Assembly: GCA_951406725.2 (NCBI GenBank)
Contig: OX597815.1
Span: 187,240,001 to 187,304,000 of the forward strand
Origin: Octopus vulgaris
Taxonomy: Eukaryota
DNA length: 64,000 bases
Direction: 5' to 3'
Positions 24,132 to 37,559 of this stretch are shown one piece after another. The notes beneath the pieces are model-generated. The model was given only the letters and a program-made list of their open reading frames with translations, ran no database searches and was not told the origin of the DNA. Within the stretch, counting starts at the first letter, position 1. Each line of letters opens with the position of its first letter. Position numbers and translations under genes: made by a program.

Positions 24132-24314
24132 TTTAACGCTTGGTATGTTTTCTTTAAACAGCAGTGCATCAGCATGGCTGCAACTCTATAAACAAAGAAG
24201 AAAAAATATATATATATATATATATATTTTGTGAAATTTGATTTAGTATTTCTAAATTGAAATTTTCCCTGTAAGTTTGGAATATTCCCTCATATCATCA
24301 TTATTATTATTATT

Positions 24315-24443
<129 letters not shown>

Positions 24444-24904
24444 CAGGTCGTCATCAACTTACAACCTATCCAACTTATGACCGATTGACTTTACAATGAT
24501 TGGCATACCAGCACCCAGCAGCAATAATAAATAGACCAGTTGAAATCTTATAGGTTTAATTTCTTAGAAATTAACCCGCCTACGGATATTGTCAATTTAC
24601 AAACACTTCCCTTAGGTTTGGTTATCAATCGCCACTGTAGTTATCCTGAGTGTTGGAATGAATATCCTGTCGCGAAGACATCGAGGCAACCTTGTATTTA
24701 TTTATAAGACAACTGCTTGAGACTCTGAAATTTTTGACTAATGCCCATATAACAGTATAATACAGAATGCTGTGTGTGACTTTTTACCTGGGAATGTACC
24801 TTAACGATGTAAAAATATAAAAGAAAGCTATTTAGGCCTATAGGCCAACTTATGACCAAATGGACTTACAACCAATAAGTCGGAACCAATTGTGGTCACA
24901 AGTT
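24444..24904. mobile_element. Tigger/pogo-like non-autonomous DNA transposon, right end eroded
   Basis: TA-CAGGTCGTCATCAACTTACAAC start with repeated ACTTA(C/T)(A/G)AC subterminal motifs at both ends. Confidence 0.55.
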
Positions 24905-25216
24905 AAAAAGATTAAAAGAATAAGTACCAAACTTTAAGGAAATAAGTACTGGGGTTGATTTGTTTGACTAAAACTCTTCAAGGCAGTGCCCCAGCATGGC
25001 CATAGTCCAAAGACTGAAACAAGTAAAAGATACAGGATAAAATACATAGCAAATTCATAAAGCTTTTAGAAAAATTTTAGACAAATATTACTTTCTTTTG
25101 ACTAATAATATTCTTTTACCTGTTTCAATCATTTGAATGTGGCCATGCTGGAGTACTGCCTTTAGTTGAACAAATCGACCCCAGGACTTATTCTTTGTAA
25201 GCCTAGTACTTATTCT

Positions 25217-26354
25217 ATCGATCTCTTTTGCCGAACTGCTAAGTTACAAGGACGTAACTTCAGGTTTTCCTCAATTTGCTTTGCCTGTGTCTTTGGTGCT
25301 CTGTGCTGGATTAACTAACCAGTATATGGATCACTGCCACCACAAATGTTGGTGTGGTAGTCTTCCAGTGAAGGCACATGGCTCAGTGGTTAGTGCATTG
25401 AGCTTACGATCGTGAGGTTATGAGCTTGAATCCCGAACCGGGCTGCGTGTTGTGTTCTTGAGCAAAACACTTTATTTCACGTTGCTCCAGTTCACTCAGC
25501 TGTAGAAATGAGTTGCAACATAACAGATGCCAAGCTGTATTGACCCCTTTGCCTTTCTCTTGGATAATGCTGGTGGCGTGGAGAGGGGAGGCCAATATGC
25601 ATAGGCGATGGCTGGTCTTCCATAAACAACCTTGCCTGGACTTGTGCCTGGGAGGGTAACTTTCTAGGTGCAATCCCATGGTCTGTGTCGTGACCGAAGG
25701 GGGTCTCAGTCTTCCAGTGCTCATCCTGCAGACATGACCAAATCACTGTAGCCTGCACTGTTGGACTTGAGATTCTGCAGCATAGAGAGAGAGACAGCGA
25801 GGATTAGACAAAGCCACTGCACTTGGAACACCTATTTTATAAGCCAAATTCCATATCAGTCAAACTTGATTTCAGCAGCAAGTGAGCTCAAAACATCACG
25901 ACACTGGACTATATTCTAAAAAAGCATCATCGAGCCAATCGATCTCTTTTGCCGAACTGCTAAGTTACAGGGACGTAACTTCAGGTCTTCCTCAATTTGC
26001 TTTGCCTATGTCTTTGGTGCTCTGTGCTGGATTAACCAACCAGTACATGGATCACTGCCGCCGCAAATGTTGGTGTCGTAGTCTTCCAGTGCTCATCCTG
26101 CAGATATGACCAAATCACTATAGCCTGCACTTTTGGACTTGGTCTTCAAAGTTGGCTGCTATTGGTATTATGCTCAGATGTTGTTTGAGATTCTGCGGCA
26201 TAGAGAGACACCAAGGATTAGACAAAGCCACTGCATTTGGAACACCTATTTTATAAGCCAAATTCCATATCAGCCAAACTTGATTTCAGCAGCAAGTGAG
26301 CTCAAAACATCACGACACTGGACTATATATTCCAAAAAAGCATCATCGAGTCAG
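25217..26354. repeat. Tandem duplication (25217-25937 / 25938-26354) of a SINE fragment plus a decayed RTE fragment
   Basis: ATCGATCTCTTTTGCCGAACTGC...AAAAGCATCATCGAG twice; minus strand CRLQ*FGHVCRM resembles RTE RLRWFGHV.RM. Confidence 0.85.
25371..25707 (+). mobile_element. tRNA-derived SINE with 12-bp TSD
   Basis: TGGCTCAGTGG...TTGAATCCC head; AGTCTTCCAGTG at 25359-25370 and 25708-25719; absent from the duplicate copy. Confidence 0.85.
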
Positions 26355-27006
26355 TTTCTTATTGCTTGCTTCAAATCCAAATGATGTAATTAAATAGTTG
26401 GAAAATGTTCCTTTTAAACCATAGCAACAGAATATTTTAGCAATATAACTATAAATAATTAGATGTATAGAAAAATGTCAGCAAACAATCTATCATATTG
26501 GAAGAACATTTAGTTCTATAGTCAATTGACCTTTCTTAGATGACTCACTTTGTCAGCAAACAGAAAAATAATAATTCATAAACAACTATTTTTCAAGTAA
26601 AACTGATAAAGCAAAAAAAAAAAAAAAAAACAATGAATCAAACCAGAAGAAATATTAATTATTTCTATTCAAGATATATTGCTTGAAATAGTAACTAACT
26701 TAAATGTACATGAAAAATTAAATAAAAAATCTGAAAATCTCTACTACTTTGTAATATAACATGTTACAGTGATAACACTGTTTAATATAAAATTAAACGA
26801 GAATGCATTATTTTAGGTTTGTAAGTGAATAGGTTGGAAGCATGGCTGTGTGGTAAGCAATCTGCTTCCTGATTCCTAGGTTTTGCTTTCAGTCCCACTG
26901 CATGGCACCTTGCAGAAGTGCTTTTTACTATAACACTAGGCCAGCCAAATGCTTGCACATGGATTTGATTGATGGAAACTGAAAGAAGCTTGTCATATAT
27001 GTACAT

Positions 27007-27235
27007 GTTTCTTTATTACCCACAAGGGGCTAAACATAGAGGGGACAAACAAGGACAGACAAACGAATTAAGTCGATTATATCGACCCCAGTGCGTAACT
27101 GGTACTTAATTTATCGACCCTGAAAGGACGAAAGGCAAAGGCGACCTCAGTGGAATTTGAACTCAGAACGTAATGGCAGATGAAATACGGCTACGCATTT
27201 CTCCCGGCATGCTAACGGTTCTGCCAGCTCGCCGT
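27007..27235 (-). mobile_element. Family B SINE nested in a family A SINE
   Basis: Full family B body; flanking TTGTCATATATGTA(C/T)AT duplicated. Confidence 0.82.
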
Positions 27236-28756
27236 TGTCATATATGTATATATCTGTGTGTGTGTGTGTTTGTTCCCCACCACTGTTTGGTAGCTGGTGT
27301 TGTTTACATTCTTATAACTTAGCAGTTTGGCAAAAGAGACTAACAGAAATGTACTAGGCTTAAAAAAAAAAAAGAAAGCACTGGCTTTGATTTGTTCAAC
27401 TAAAAAAAAAAAAAAACTCACCCCAGTATAGTCACAGTCCAATGACTGATAAATGATAATACTCTTTTACTCTCCTACATGTTTCAGTTATTTGACTGCG
27501 GCCATGCTGGAACACTGCCTTTAGTCGAACAAATCAACACCAGGACTTATTCCTTGTAAGCCTAGTACTTATTCTATTGGTGTCTTTTGCCAAACTGCTA
27601 AGTTATGAGGACTTAAACACATGAACAACAGTTGTCAAGTGATGATACACAAATGCATACATACATATATATATCATGCTGGTGGCACATAAAAGCACCC
27701 ATTACACTCTCAGAGTAGTTGGTGTCAGGAAGAGCATCCAGCTGTAGAAAACCATGCTAAATCAGACTGGAGTCTGGTGCAGTCTTCCAGCGTGCCAGCC
27801 CAGTCAAACCATCCAACCCATACCAGCATGGACAACGGACGTTAAATGATGATGACCAATAGAATAAGTACTAGGCTTACAAAGAATAAGTCCTGGGGTC
27901 GATTTGATCAGCTAAAAGGCAGTGCTCCAGCATGGCCACAGTCAGATGACTGAAACAAGTAAAAGAGTAAAAGAGTATATTCATAATAAAATAAACAACT
28001 TCCTTATTCATTTCCCAAGTCAAGATCTACAAAATATAATTTATAAGCAAATGCCTACCTCACACAATCTACAAACAAAACATAAGCAGGAACATAATAA
28101 ATAGTACTTTCTTATCTTCTTGGGTCTGTCAGGAGCCTTACAGGCTCATTAAACTGGAGCCTATCCCACTTTCTATGGCTTATCAGCTACCAAGTGTGCA
28201 ATGCACCCCCTTCCCCTCCTCTGAATGGGAGGTCAACTTGTCACATGGTTAACTCTATGGATGCCACCCATTTTCAGCAGAGTGAACTACAGCAATGTGA
28301 CTGACATGAAGTTTTTTTTGTGTTTAAAAACAAAACTTGCCCACCCAGCTTAAGAATCAAACTTTTGACCATGTGAGATCATCAGTCCAAAAATACTCAC
28401 CATTAAGCTACACACCTTCGCATAATAGACATCATGCAATGAATAAATTACTCATGCATAGATATACATACAAACAAATAAAAAAAAAAGAAGAAAGAAC
28501 TAATAAAATAATGACTATTAGCGAAAGAGTAGCTGTGTGGTAAGAAGCTTGCTTCTCAACCACATGGTTCCGGGTTCAGTCCCACTGCATGGCACCTTGG
28601 GCAAGTGTCTTCTACTATAGCCTTGGGCAGACCGAAGCCTTGTGAGTGGATTTGGTAGACAGAAACTGAAAGAAGCCCATCATATGTGTGTGTGTGTGTG
28701 TGTGTGTGTATACATATATATATATATATATATATATTTTATATATAATATATAAT

Positions 28757-28789
<33 letters not shown>

Positions 28790-28837
28790 ATTATATATAT
28801 ATATATATATATAATTATATATTATATATATAATATA

Positions 28838-28883
<46 letters not shown>

Positions 28884-28980
28884 TATTATGTAATTCGACC
28901 CTCCCCGGTCAAACCGTCCAACCCATGCTAGCATGGAGAACAGACGTTAAATGATGATGATGATGATGATATATATATAT

Positions 28981-29265
28981 AATTAACAATATCAAAGGGT
29001 AATCTGAAATATTAGAAATTTCCATTACCAGTGACCTAGCATATAAAAAGTTTAGTCACTAGACTATATATTATTCATATAAAATACAGTGTACATTTAA
29101 ACACAAAAGAGGTATCCATCATAGGACTACCTGCACGCTAGAGAAGACAGTTAAATTCCAAACCACTATTAAGGATAAAATTTCGAATGGACTGAAATGT
29201 TTTTATTTTTTCATTCCATTCGAAATTTTATCCCTAATAGTGGTTTGGAATTTGTACACTGTATT
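28981..29265 (+). repeat. (TA)n-associated fold-back element
   Basis: About 45-bp inverted arms AAATTCCAAACCACTATTA.GGATAAAATTTCGAATGGA.TGAAA and its reverse complement, plus AAATACAGTGTACA / TGTACACTGTATTT. Confidence 0.75.
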
Positions 29266-29269
29266 TATA

Positions 29270-29301
<32 letters not shown>

Positions 29302-29460
29302 ATTGTTAAAGAGGACAACAACCGTATATCTGCTATATCGGAAATCTGCAATGGCTCCATAATTACTGTCTTAGCTATAAATATGTGCTATGTTACAGCA
29401 CTTACCTAGTGCTCCTAATTGTTTAGATCACCTGTGAACTAAACCCCTGTACTTTGCATA

Positions 29461-29502
<42 letters not shown>

Positions 29503-29947
29503 TATAAATTAAATTAGAGATAAAACCACTATTAGGCAACTCAAACAGTGATAGACATAAACCAAAACATAAAAAACAAAAAATAAATATAATTAATATA
29601 ATATATAATATATATATAAAATATAAAATTTAAAATTTAAATTATAAAAATTTTAAATTTTTAATTAATATTTTAAAATTTTTATATTTTTGAATTTTTG
29701 AATTTATAAATTTTTTAACATTTTAATTTTTTTAATTTTTGTATATAACTAACCAAAAAGTATAAAAAAGCTAAATATAATATTATATACATATACATAC
29801 ATATATATATATAACGGGAAGCTTTATGAAAATAAACAAAAGACGAAGGCAGGTGGAAAACAAACGAACAATTGTATTAGTATGGCGCTCATATATATAT
29901 ATATATATATATATTACATATATATATATATTACATATATGTATATA

Positions 29948-30017
29948 CAGCAGTTGGACAAAATAATGGAAACACCTAGCATCATAGCATCATAATTTTG
30001 AAATAACTATAAAACCA
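29948..30017 (+). mobile_element. Tc1-like terminal inverted repeat fragment
   Basis: TA-CAGCAGTTGGACAAAATAATGGAAACACC. Confidence 0.5.
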
Positions 30018-32237
30018 ACCCCACTCTGACTTCACAATCCACAACTTAGCAGGTCAACAAAAACGACCGATGGAATAAGTACTAGGCTTACAAAGAATAA
30101 GTCCTGGGGTTGATTTGTTTGACTAAAGGTGGTGCTCCAGCATGGTCACAGTCAAATCACTGAAACAAGAAATGGAATAAAAGAGAAAAAAAGTACTGGA
30201 GTCAGTTTATTCAACTAAAAATCCTTCAAGGTGGTGCTCCAGTATGGCCACGTTCTAATGACTAACAAGTAAAACACTAGATAAAAGGAAAGATACACAC
30301 AAAGAAACAACAAAAAAGAAAGAACTAATAAAATAATGAATATGGCTGTGTGGTAAGAAGCTTGCTTCCCAACCACATGGTTCCAGGTTCAATCTCACTG
30401 CATGGCACCTTGAGCAAGTGTCTTCTACTATAGCCTCGGGCCGACCAAAGCCTTGTGAGTGCATTTGGCAGACGGATACTGAAAGAAGCCTGTCATATAT
30501 ATATATATATATGTATGTATGTATACATATATTTATGTGTGTGTATCTTTATGTCTATGTTTTTGTGTGTGTGTGTGTGTCTCCACCACCACCACCACCA
30601 TCGCTTGACAACTGATGCTGATGTGTTTGTGTTCCTGAAACCTAGCGCTTCGACCAAAGAGAGACTGATAGAATAAGTACAGGGTCGATTTCTTCAACTA
30701 GAGGCGGTGCTCCAGCGTGGCCACAGTCAAATGACTGAAACGCGTAAAAGAGATAAAAAAAAAAAAGAGAACGGGAATAATTTCAAAAGTGCAAGAAATA
30801 TCATCAGTCAGATTTCACATTTATAATCAAGCGTAGCAAGTGGACTACAATACTACTAACAGCTTGTAGTAACAGATGATAATACCGATGATGGAGGGGA
30901 AGATAAAGAGGAGTTTAATAAATGTAATAAGAATCTTTTATGACAGAGAACATTGACAAGGTAGCTTTTATCATTGAAAATTTTATGTAATGCAAATAGA
31001 TACCTCCAGAAGTTGAATGACATTTAGAAAATTAGTACAGCTACTAGTCACATACTAAAAAACACTAAATCAGAAGTGATGTACTAAGAACTGTGTTATC
31101 ATAAAATCTATTAAGAGAACTTGATCAATGTTACAAGTGGAGATAAAAATAGTAATGGGTCTAATGTTTTAGAAGAAGTTCATAGTTGCTTCATAGCGTT
31201 GTTGTCTTAAGAAGCTTACTTCCCAACCACATGGTTCTGAGTTCAGTTCCACTTCGCGGCACCTTGGACAAATATCTTCTACTAAAGCCCCAAGCTAACT
31301 AAAAGCCTTGTAAATGGTTTTGATAGACAGAAACTGAAAGAAGAACGGCGAGCTGGCAACGAGCTGCAGAAACGTTAGCACGCTGGGTGAAATGCTTAGA
31401 GGTATTTCGTCTGCTGTTATGTTCTGAGTTCAATTTCTGGCAAGGTCGACTTTACCTTTTATCCTTTCAGAGTCGATAAATTAAGTACCAGTTATGCACT
31501 GGGGTCGATGTAATCGACTTAATCCCTTTGTCTGTTCTTGTTTGTCCTCTCTGTGTTTAGCCCCTTGTGGGCAATAAAGAAATAATAAACTGAAAGAAGA
31601 ACCTGTGTGTGTGTGTGTTGGAATATTCGGTTCACAATTGTAAGGTCATGAATTTAATTCCCCGGCAACGGATTGTCCTTGAGTAAGACACTTTATTTTC
31701 ATGTTGCTCCAGTCCACTCAGCTGGGCAAAAATGAGCAGCACCTGTATTTCTAAGGGCGAGCCTTGTCGCACTCTGTGTCATGCTGAATTTCCTTGAGAA
31801 CTGCAATAAGGATATACATGTCCGTGGAGTACTCAGCCACTTGTATGCTAATTTCTCGAGCAAGCTGATCTGTTGATCGTATCAGTTGGGACCCTCATCA
31901 TCGTAACCAACAGAGTGCTCCTATATCATCATCGTCATCATCATCATCATCATCAATGTCTACCTTCCATGCTGGCATGGGTTGATGGTTTGACATGAGC
32001 CAGCCAGGCAGGAGCCTGCACCAGACTTCTGTGTCTGTTTTGGCAGGGTTTTTTTTATAGCTGGATGCCCTTCCAAATGCCAACCACTATATATATGCAT
32101 ATGTGTATGTGTATGTATTTGTCCTCTACCACTGCCTGACAACTGGTGTTAGTTTGTTTCGTCCCCATTACTTAGCAGTTTGGCAAAAGAGACAAACAGA
32201 ATAACTGCTCAAAAAAAAAACAAAAAAACAAATGACT

Positions 32238-32404
32238 GGGCAGGAGTGGCTGTGTGGTAAGTAGCTTGCTTACCAACCACATGGTTCTGGGTTCAGTTCC
32301 ACTGCATGGCACCTTGGGCAAGTGTCTTCTATAGCCTCGGGCCGACCAAAGCCTTGTGAGTGGATTTGGTAGATGGAAACTGAAAGAAGCCTGTCGTATA
32401 TGTG

Positions 32405-32471
<67 letters not shown>

Positions 32472-33043
32472 TTGTGTGTCTGTGTTTGTCCCCCCCCCCA
32501 ACATCGCTGGACAACTGATGCTGGTGGGTGTGTTTACATCCCCATAACTTAGCGGTTCAGCAAAAGAGAATGATAGAATAAGTACAAGGCTAAAAAATAA
32601 ATAAATGAATGAATGTATAAGTACTGGGGTCAATTTATTTGACTAAAAATTCAAGGCGTTGCCCAAGCATGGCTGCAGTCTAATGACTGAAACAAGTAAA
32701 AGAGATAAATAAAAAAAAATTCTTCAAGTCAAAAATATTTTTATATATATTTTGTTCTGCTAATGATCTGGTTCCATATTTTTGACTAAACCGATCTATT
32801 TATTGCATGTATCTGTTACATAAACATTTAGCGTGTATCCTTTGTACTGTCATATGAAAATGTATAATCTAATCTTTGAAATTATCAAGTATCATCTGTT
32901 TAATTATAACAATTTGAACCAAATATCTATAAGATAGATTTTTCTTATTATTACTGTATATAAAAGACAGTATAAAAATAAAGCCGGTGCTCCAGCATGA
33001 CCACAGTCAAATGACTGAAACAAGTAAAAGTGTAAAAAGAGTA
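32238..33043 (+). mobile_element. CORE-type SINE containing a 410-bp templated insertion
   Basis: Head at 32238, own tail at 32981-33043; 32571-32980 is an inverted copy of 40649-41059. Confidence 0.8.
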
Positions 33044-33188
33044 GGGCACAGTTTTTCTGGGTAAACCTTTCCTGCTGGTGCCTCAGCGTGAATGAAACAA
33101 AATATGATTCTTGAATAAAACATAATACACTTCTTAAAACTGTAAATTCTAAGACGCTTTGTAAAGAGTTTATCGAAATATTACAGCA

Positions 33189-33568
33189 CTAGCAGTATCA
33201 CCTGGCATTGCTCAGGTTTGTTTCAGCCCTTAAGAATTGGAATTTTTTCAAAGTATAAATTTTGCATTATGTAGCTTGTTATTCTCTTTAAGTGAACATT
33301 TTTCTGCTTGAAATACAACGAAAAATGGCGACACAGCAGTAAAAAAATCGTAAAAACTAGGGATTTTCATAGAAAAAAGCACCTTTTTGATGTAAATAAT
33401 TTTTGGTGTTAACAAGGCCCGATTTGAATTTTTTTCTTCGACGGAAGGAAGAGCAAGCCTTCTTCTATCATACTCTCAATTTTGGTCAACTTGTCGGAGG
33501 AGATAGTGTTAATTGAAGGCTACCAAACCTGCCATACACAGACAACTTCAGCTTTATCTATATAAAGA
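33189..33568 (-). mobile_element. Non-autonomous Helitron (family H1)
   Basis: Minus strand a|TCTTTATA...CCTGAGCAATGCCAGG hairpin...CTAG|t. Confidence 0.85.
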
Positions 33569-35933
33569 TTATTGTTTGGCACAGTTTCTCATTAACTTTT
33601 ACAGAAAATTAAATTTTACCACAATAACTAACTTGAATTTTTATCAATGTATATCTGTTTTATTTCATTATGTTTCTTCATAATGCATTCAGCGTCAGTC
33701 CAAAAAAAAAAAAAGCTAGCTTCAAAGATCTAATTATATATTTTCTTCTGTTGAAAACTCGTAGACTAATGTTTTAAAATTTCTGAAATTTCATCATTCC
33801 ATAATTATTCTTTTTTATGTTTTCCTATGCTCTTTGCATGAGAAATATATATCTATTTTTTAGCATTTGTTATAATAATTATTATTTTTATTATGATTCA
33901 TTTAAAATATTTTATGAAAACAATATTGTATTTACTTAATGCTTTCAAACTAAATCTTTTTGTTTAAATTTATTCATCATAAATAATTATTTTAGTCTTG
34001 TACAACTTATTAATAATGCAGTTAACACAAACTTTTTTAACATAAATATCAAAATTTCTCGAAATTTGTCAATATTTATTTCATTTGAATTGCATTAGCA
34101 GCCTGTAATAGCTCCTTCATATTTATGAATAGCTGCTTTAAAATTATTTTCTTTAAAAAAAAATTAAAACCAGAAGAAATCTTTAAAAAAAAATGTTTGA
34201 AAAAAAAATTCTATAAAAAGTAGTAATATAAATACAAAATAAAAAATATATATAATTTTGAAAAATAATATTTTTTAAAGAGTAATCCATTTGAATGTAA
34301 GAGACATGCATGTTTAGAAAGATGAATAAATGAAGACTAAAAGCTCAGGATAATAAAGACAAATCAGCAATCTCTTTTAGAGTAATAAGAATGGAAAAAT
34401 AAAAAAAATTTAAATGAAAAGATACATTCAATGATTGCTTACAAATCAAACCCCAAAAGCTTTCAAAGATAGCAGAAAATGATGGCTTGTACTAAAAAAA
34501 AAAATTAAATATTATTTACATTCTAAAGTCAAGAAGTTAAAAAAAATGTTAAACCATTCTACAATTTGAAAAGCAAGGTAGCAAAAGCGCAAACCTTTCA
34601 TATACAAGGAAGCAAATAGCAGTCACCATATAAGCATGGTTTCAATTTCAATTCCAAACAATTTGAAAATACTTGGGAAAAAAAAAAGAATGAAATAAGT
34701 TTGCCTTAGAAATATTGTTGATTTTTAAATTTGCAGCAATGAATATTTTTTTGGTTTTTTTTTATAATTCAACATAGAATTAGTGGAGAAAACGTCATAA
34801 AATTTAAAAGGAAGAAAAACAGAATTTGTATTTCATCTCTAGTTATTAATACTAAAAGTTTTGTTCCAAACATTGGATGTTTTTTCATGTATTTTGGAGA
34901 TGCTCTTTGCTGTTATATATGTGTGAATGTGTGTATGTGTGTGTATATATATATACACACATACACACACACACACATATATATATACATACACACACAT
35001 AATATATTCATGTATTTATGTGTGCATGCATTTAAGCACATACATACATATATACATATCTACATGCATACATAGCCAAACACACACACACACATAACTA
35101 TATAAACAAACGCACACACACACTCACACACACACACACATATATATATTTATATATACATTTATATATGCATGTGTGTGTGCATATATACTTATATACA
35201 TACATATATATTTTTAAAGTGTTAACATATTTAGGTGCACATACATTTATATGTATGCATGTGTGTACATAAATACTTATATACATGTACATATATGTAT
35301 ATATATTTTACAGAAATTAAAATATATATTTATATACATACACATATATATATTTACACATATGCATGCACCTTTATACATACATGTATATTCATACACT
35401 CACATATATATTTAGGAAGCTCTACATGCATCTTGTCTTCATAATCTTAATCATTTGATGTCCTTTCTTAGATAATCTATAAATTTCTAAAAAAATTTCT
35501 AATATATTTCATATATAAATTTTTGCATTGCTCCATTCTTCATCTTTTGTTCATGGCTTTATTCAGCCTGGAATATTCTAATCTGCAATATTTGGCTCAC
35601 GATAGTTGCAGGTGGTCAAATCAATACTACATAAAGCTTGCGGATTCTCATTCTGACCACAGTGCCGTGTCACAACAATGTCACTTATCTCTTAAACGAG
35701 TCTCTGAGATAAGAAGTTGGTGTTTGCATGATCACTTAAGCTGCTAAAAATAGCAACCAAATCTCCCTCAGATCATCACATACTCTTAAAAAACAAAAAA
35801 GAATGAACACTCACTGGAAACTATATTTGTAAAATTTCTTACTGAATTCTCCCATTCACATCTGAACAACAAATATCATTCAGCTTCCCAACATCATCTC
35901 ACTTTTAATCTTCAGCCATATTGCAGATTACCT

Positions 35934-36165
35934 ATTTCTTTATTACCCACAAGGGGCTAAACATAGAGGGAACAAACAAGGACAGACATAGGTATTAAGT
36001 TGATTACATCGAGCCCAGTGCGTAACTGGTACTTAATTAATCGACCCCGAAAGGATGAAAGGCAAAGCCGACCTCGGCGGAATTTGAACTCAGAAGGTAA
36101 TGACAGACGAAATACGGCTACACATTTCACCCTGCGTGCTAACGATTCTGCCAGGTCACCGCCTT
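35934..36165 (-). mobile_element. Family B SINE with 15-bp TSD
   Basis: TATTGCAGATTACCT on both sides. Confidence 0.88.
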
Positions 36166-36688
36166 TATTGCAGATTACCTTAGCTACATTTCTGCCATGG
36201 ATATTCCCAATGACAATTTCATTAAAAAAGGTGCTATCAGCACATGTATAGCTAACAAATATATTAATACTTTACTCACTTTGGGTAGTTCGGCCGGTTT
36301 CATAGATGAGTATGGATCCAAGCACATCTCTCAATTACAACATTACCACAAGACTTGCCAACTCAAACTAAATAGATTATTTCTTTAGCTTTCAGTATTA
36401 CAAACAATTTGTTATTAATTTATTATTATTTAAATATCATTTAAATATTATTATCTATTATTAATTTACTATTTATTTACTCTCTCACTCATGGTTTTTT
36501 TTTTTAAAGTGTGAATTTAAAGGCTTGTATAAATTACATTGTTCCACTTTTAATTCCAAGACATATTTTTCTTAAAAGAGGTAACTGTTATATTGAAACT
36601 TTTAAGATCATTTTCGCTCACTTTTCCTTGATTTTTTCCTTTGTTGGTGACCCTTCATTTTCCTTTTTTTTTGTGACATCTTCATTGT

Positions 36689-37495
36689 CATTTAACGTCC
36701 ATTGTCCATGCTGACATGAGTTGGACGGTTTGACCAGGGCTGGCAAGCCAGAAGGCTGCACCAAACTCCAGTCTGTTTTGGCATGGTTTCTATGGCTGGA
36801 TGCCCTTCCTAATGCCAACCACTCTGAAAGATTGACTCGGTCATTGCCTCTATGAGACCCAATGCTTGAAAGGTGCCTTTATGTGCCACTGGCATGGGTG
36901 CCATTTGTGTGACACTGGTATGTGCTACAATTGCAATTTTGCTTGACTTGATGGGTCTTCTTCTCAAGGACAACATAATGCCAAAAGATCTTGGTCATTG
37001 CCTCTGTGAGGTCCAACATTCGAAAGGAGCTCAACCACCTTGCCTCCACGAGGTTTAACACTTGAAAGGTGATTTAATGGGCCACCTGTATGGGTGCCTA
37101 TACAATAAATTGAAACCAACTGCTTTAAAATCTTACTACTTTTCAGCACTTGATGGATTTTTTTTAGAAGAGGTCTTGCAAGTACTTAGTAACCCTGTTA
37201 GTGTAGGTGCCACTTAAAAGCACCCAATCTACACTGTAAAGTGGTTGGTGTTCAGAAGGGCATGCAGCAGTAAAAACCTTGCCAAGACTGATCTGGCCTG
37301 TGCTTGTGCCACATAAAAAGCACTCAGTCCACTCCGCTATGTGATTGGTGTTAGGAAGGACATCCAGCTGTAAAAATCCTGCCAAAACAGTTGCAGAAGT
37401 CTGATGCAGGCTTCTACCTGGTTGGCTCCTGTCAAACCATGCTACCCATACCAGCATAGAAAGCAGATATTAAATGATGGTGATGATGGTGATGA
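36689..37495. mobile_element. Two divergently oriented RTE 3'-UTR fragments
   Basis: GGATGCCCTTCCTAATGCCAACCA (minus copy) and TTAGGAAGGACATCCAGCTGTAAAA...(GAT)n (plus copy). Confidence 0.7.
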
Positions 37496-37559
37496 CTCAT
37501 CTTTTGGATGCCATTGCTGAGTCCTTCCTCAGTCTTTTTGCAGTGAACATGTGCGATAA

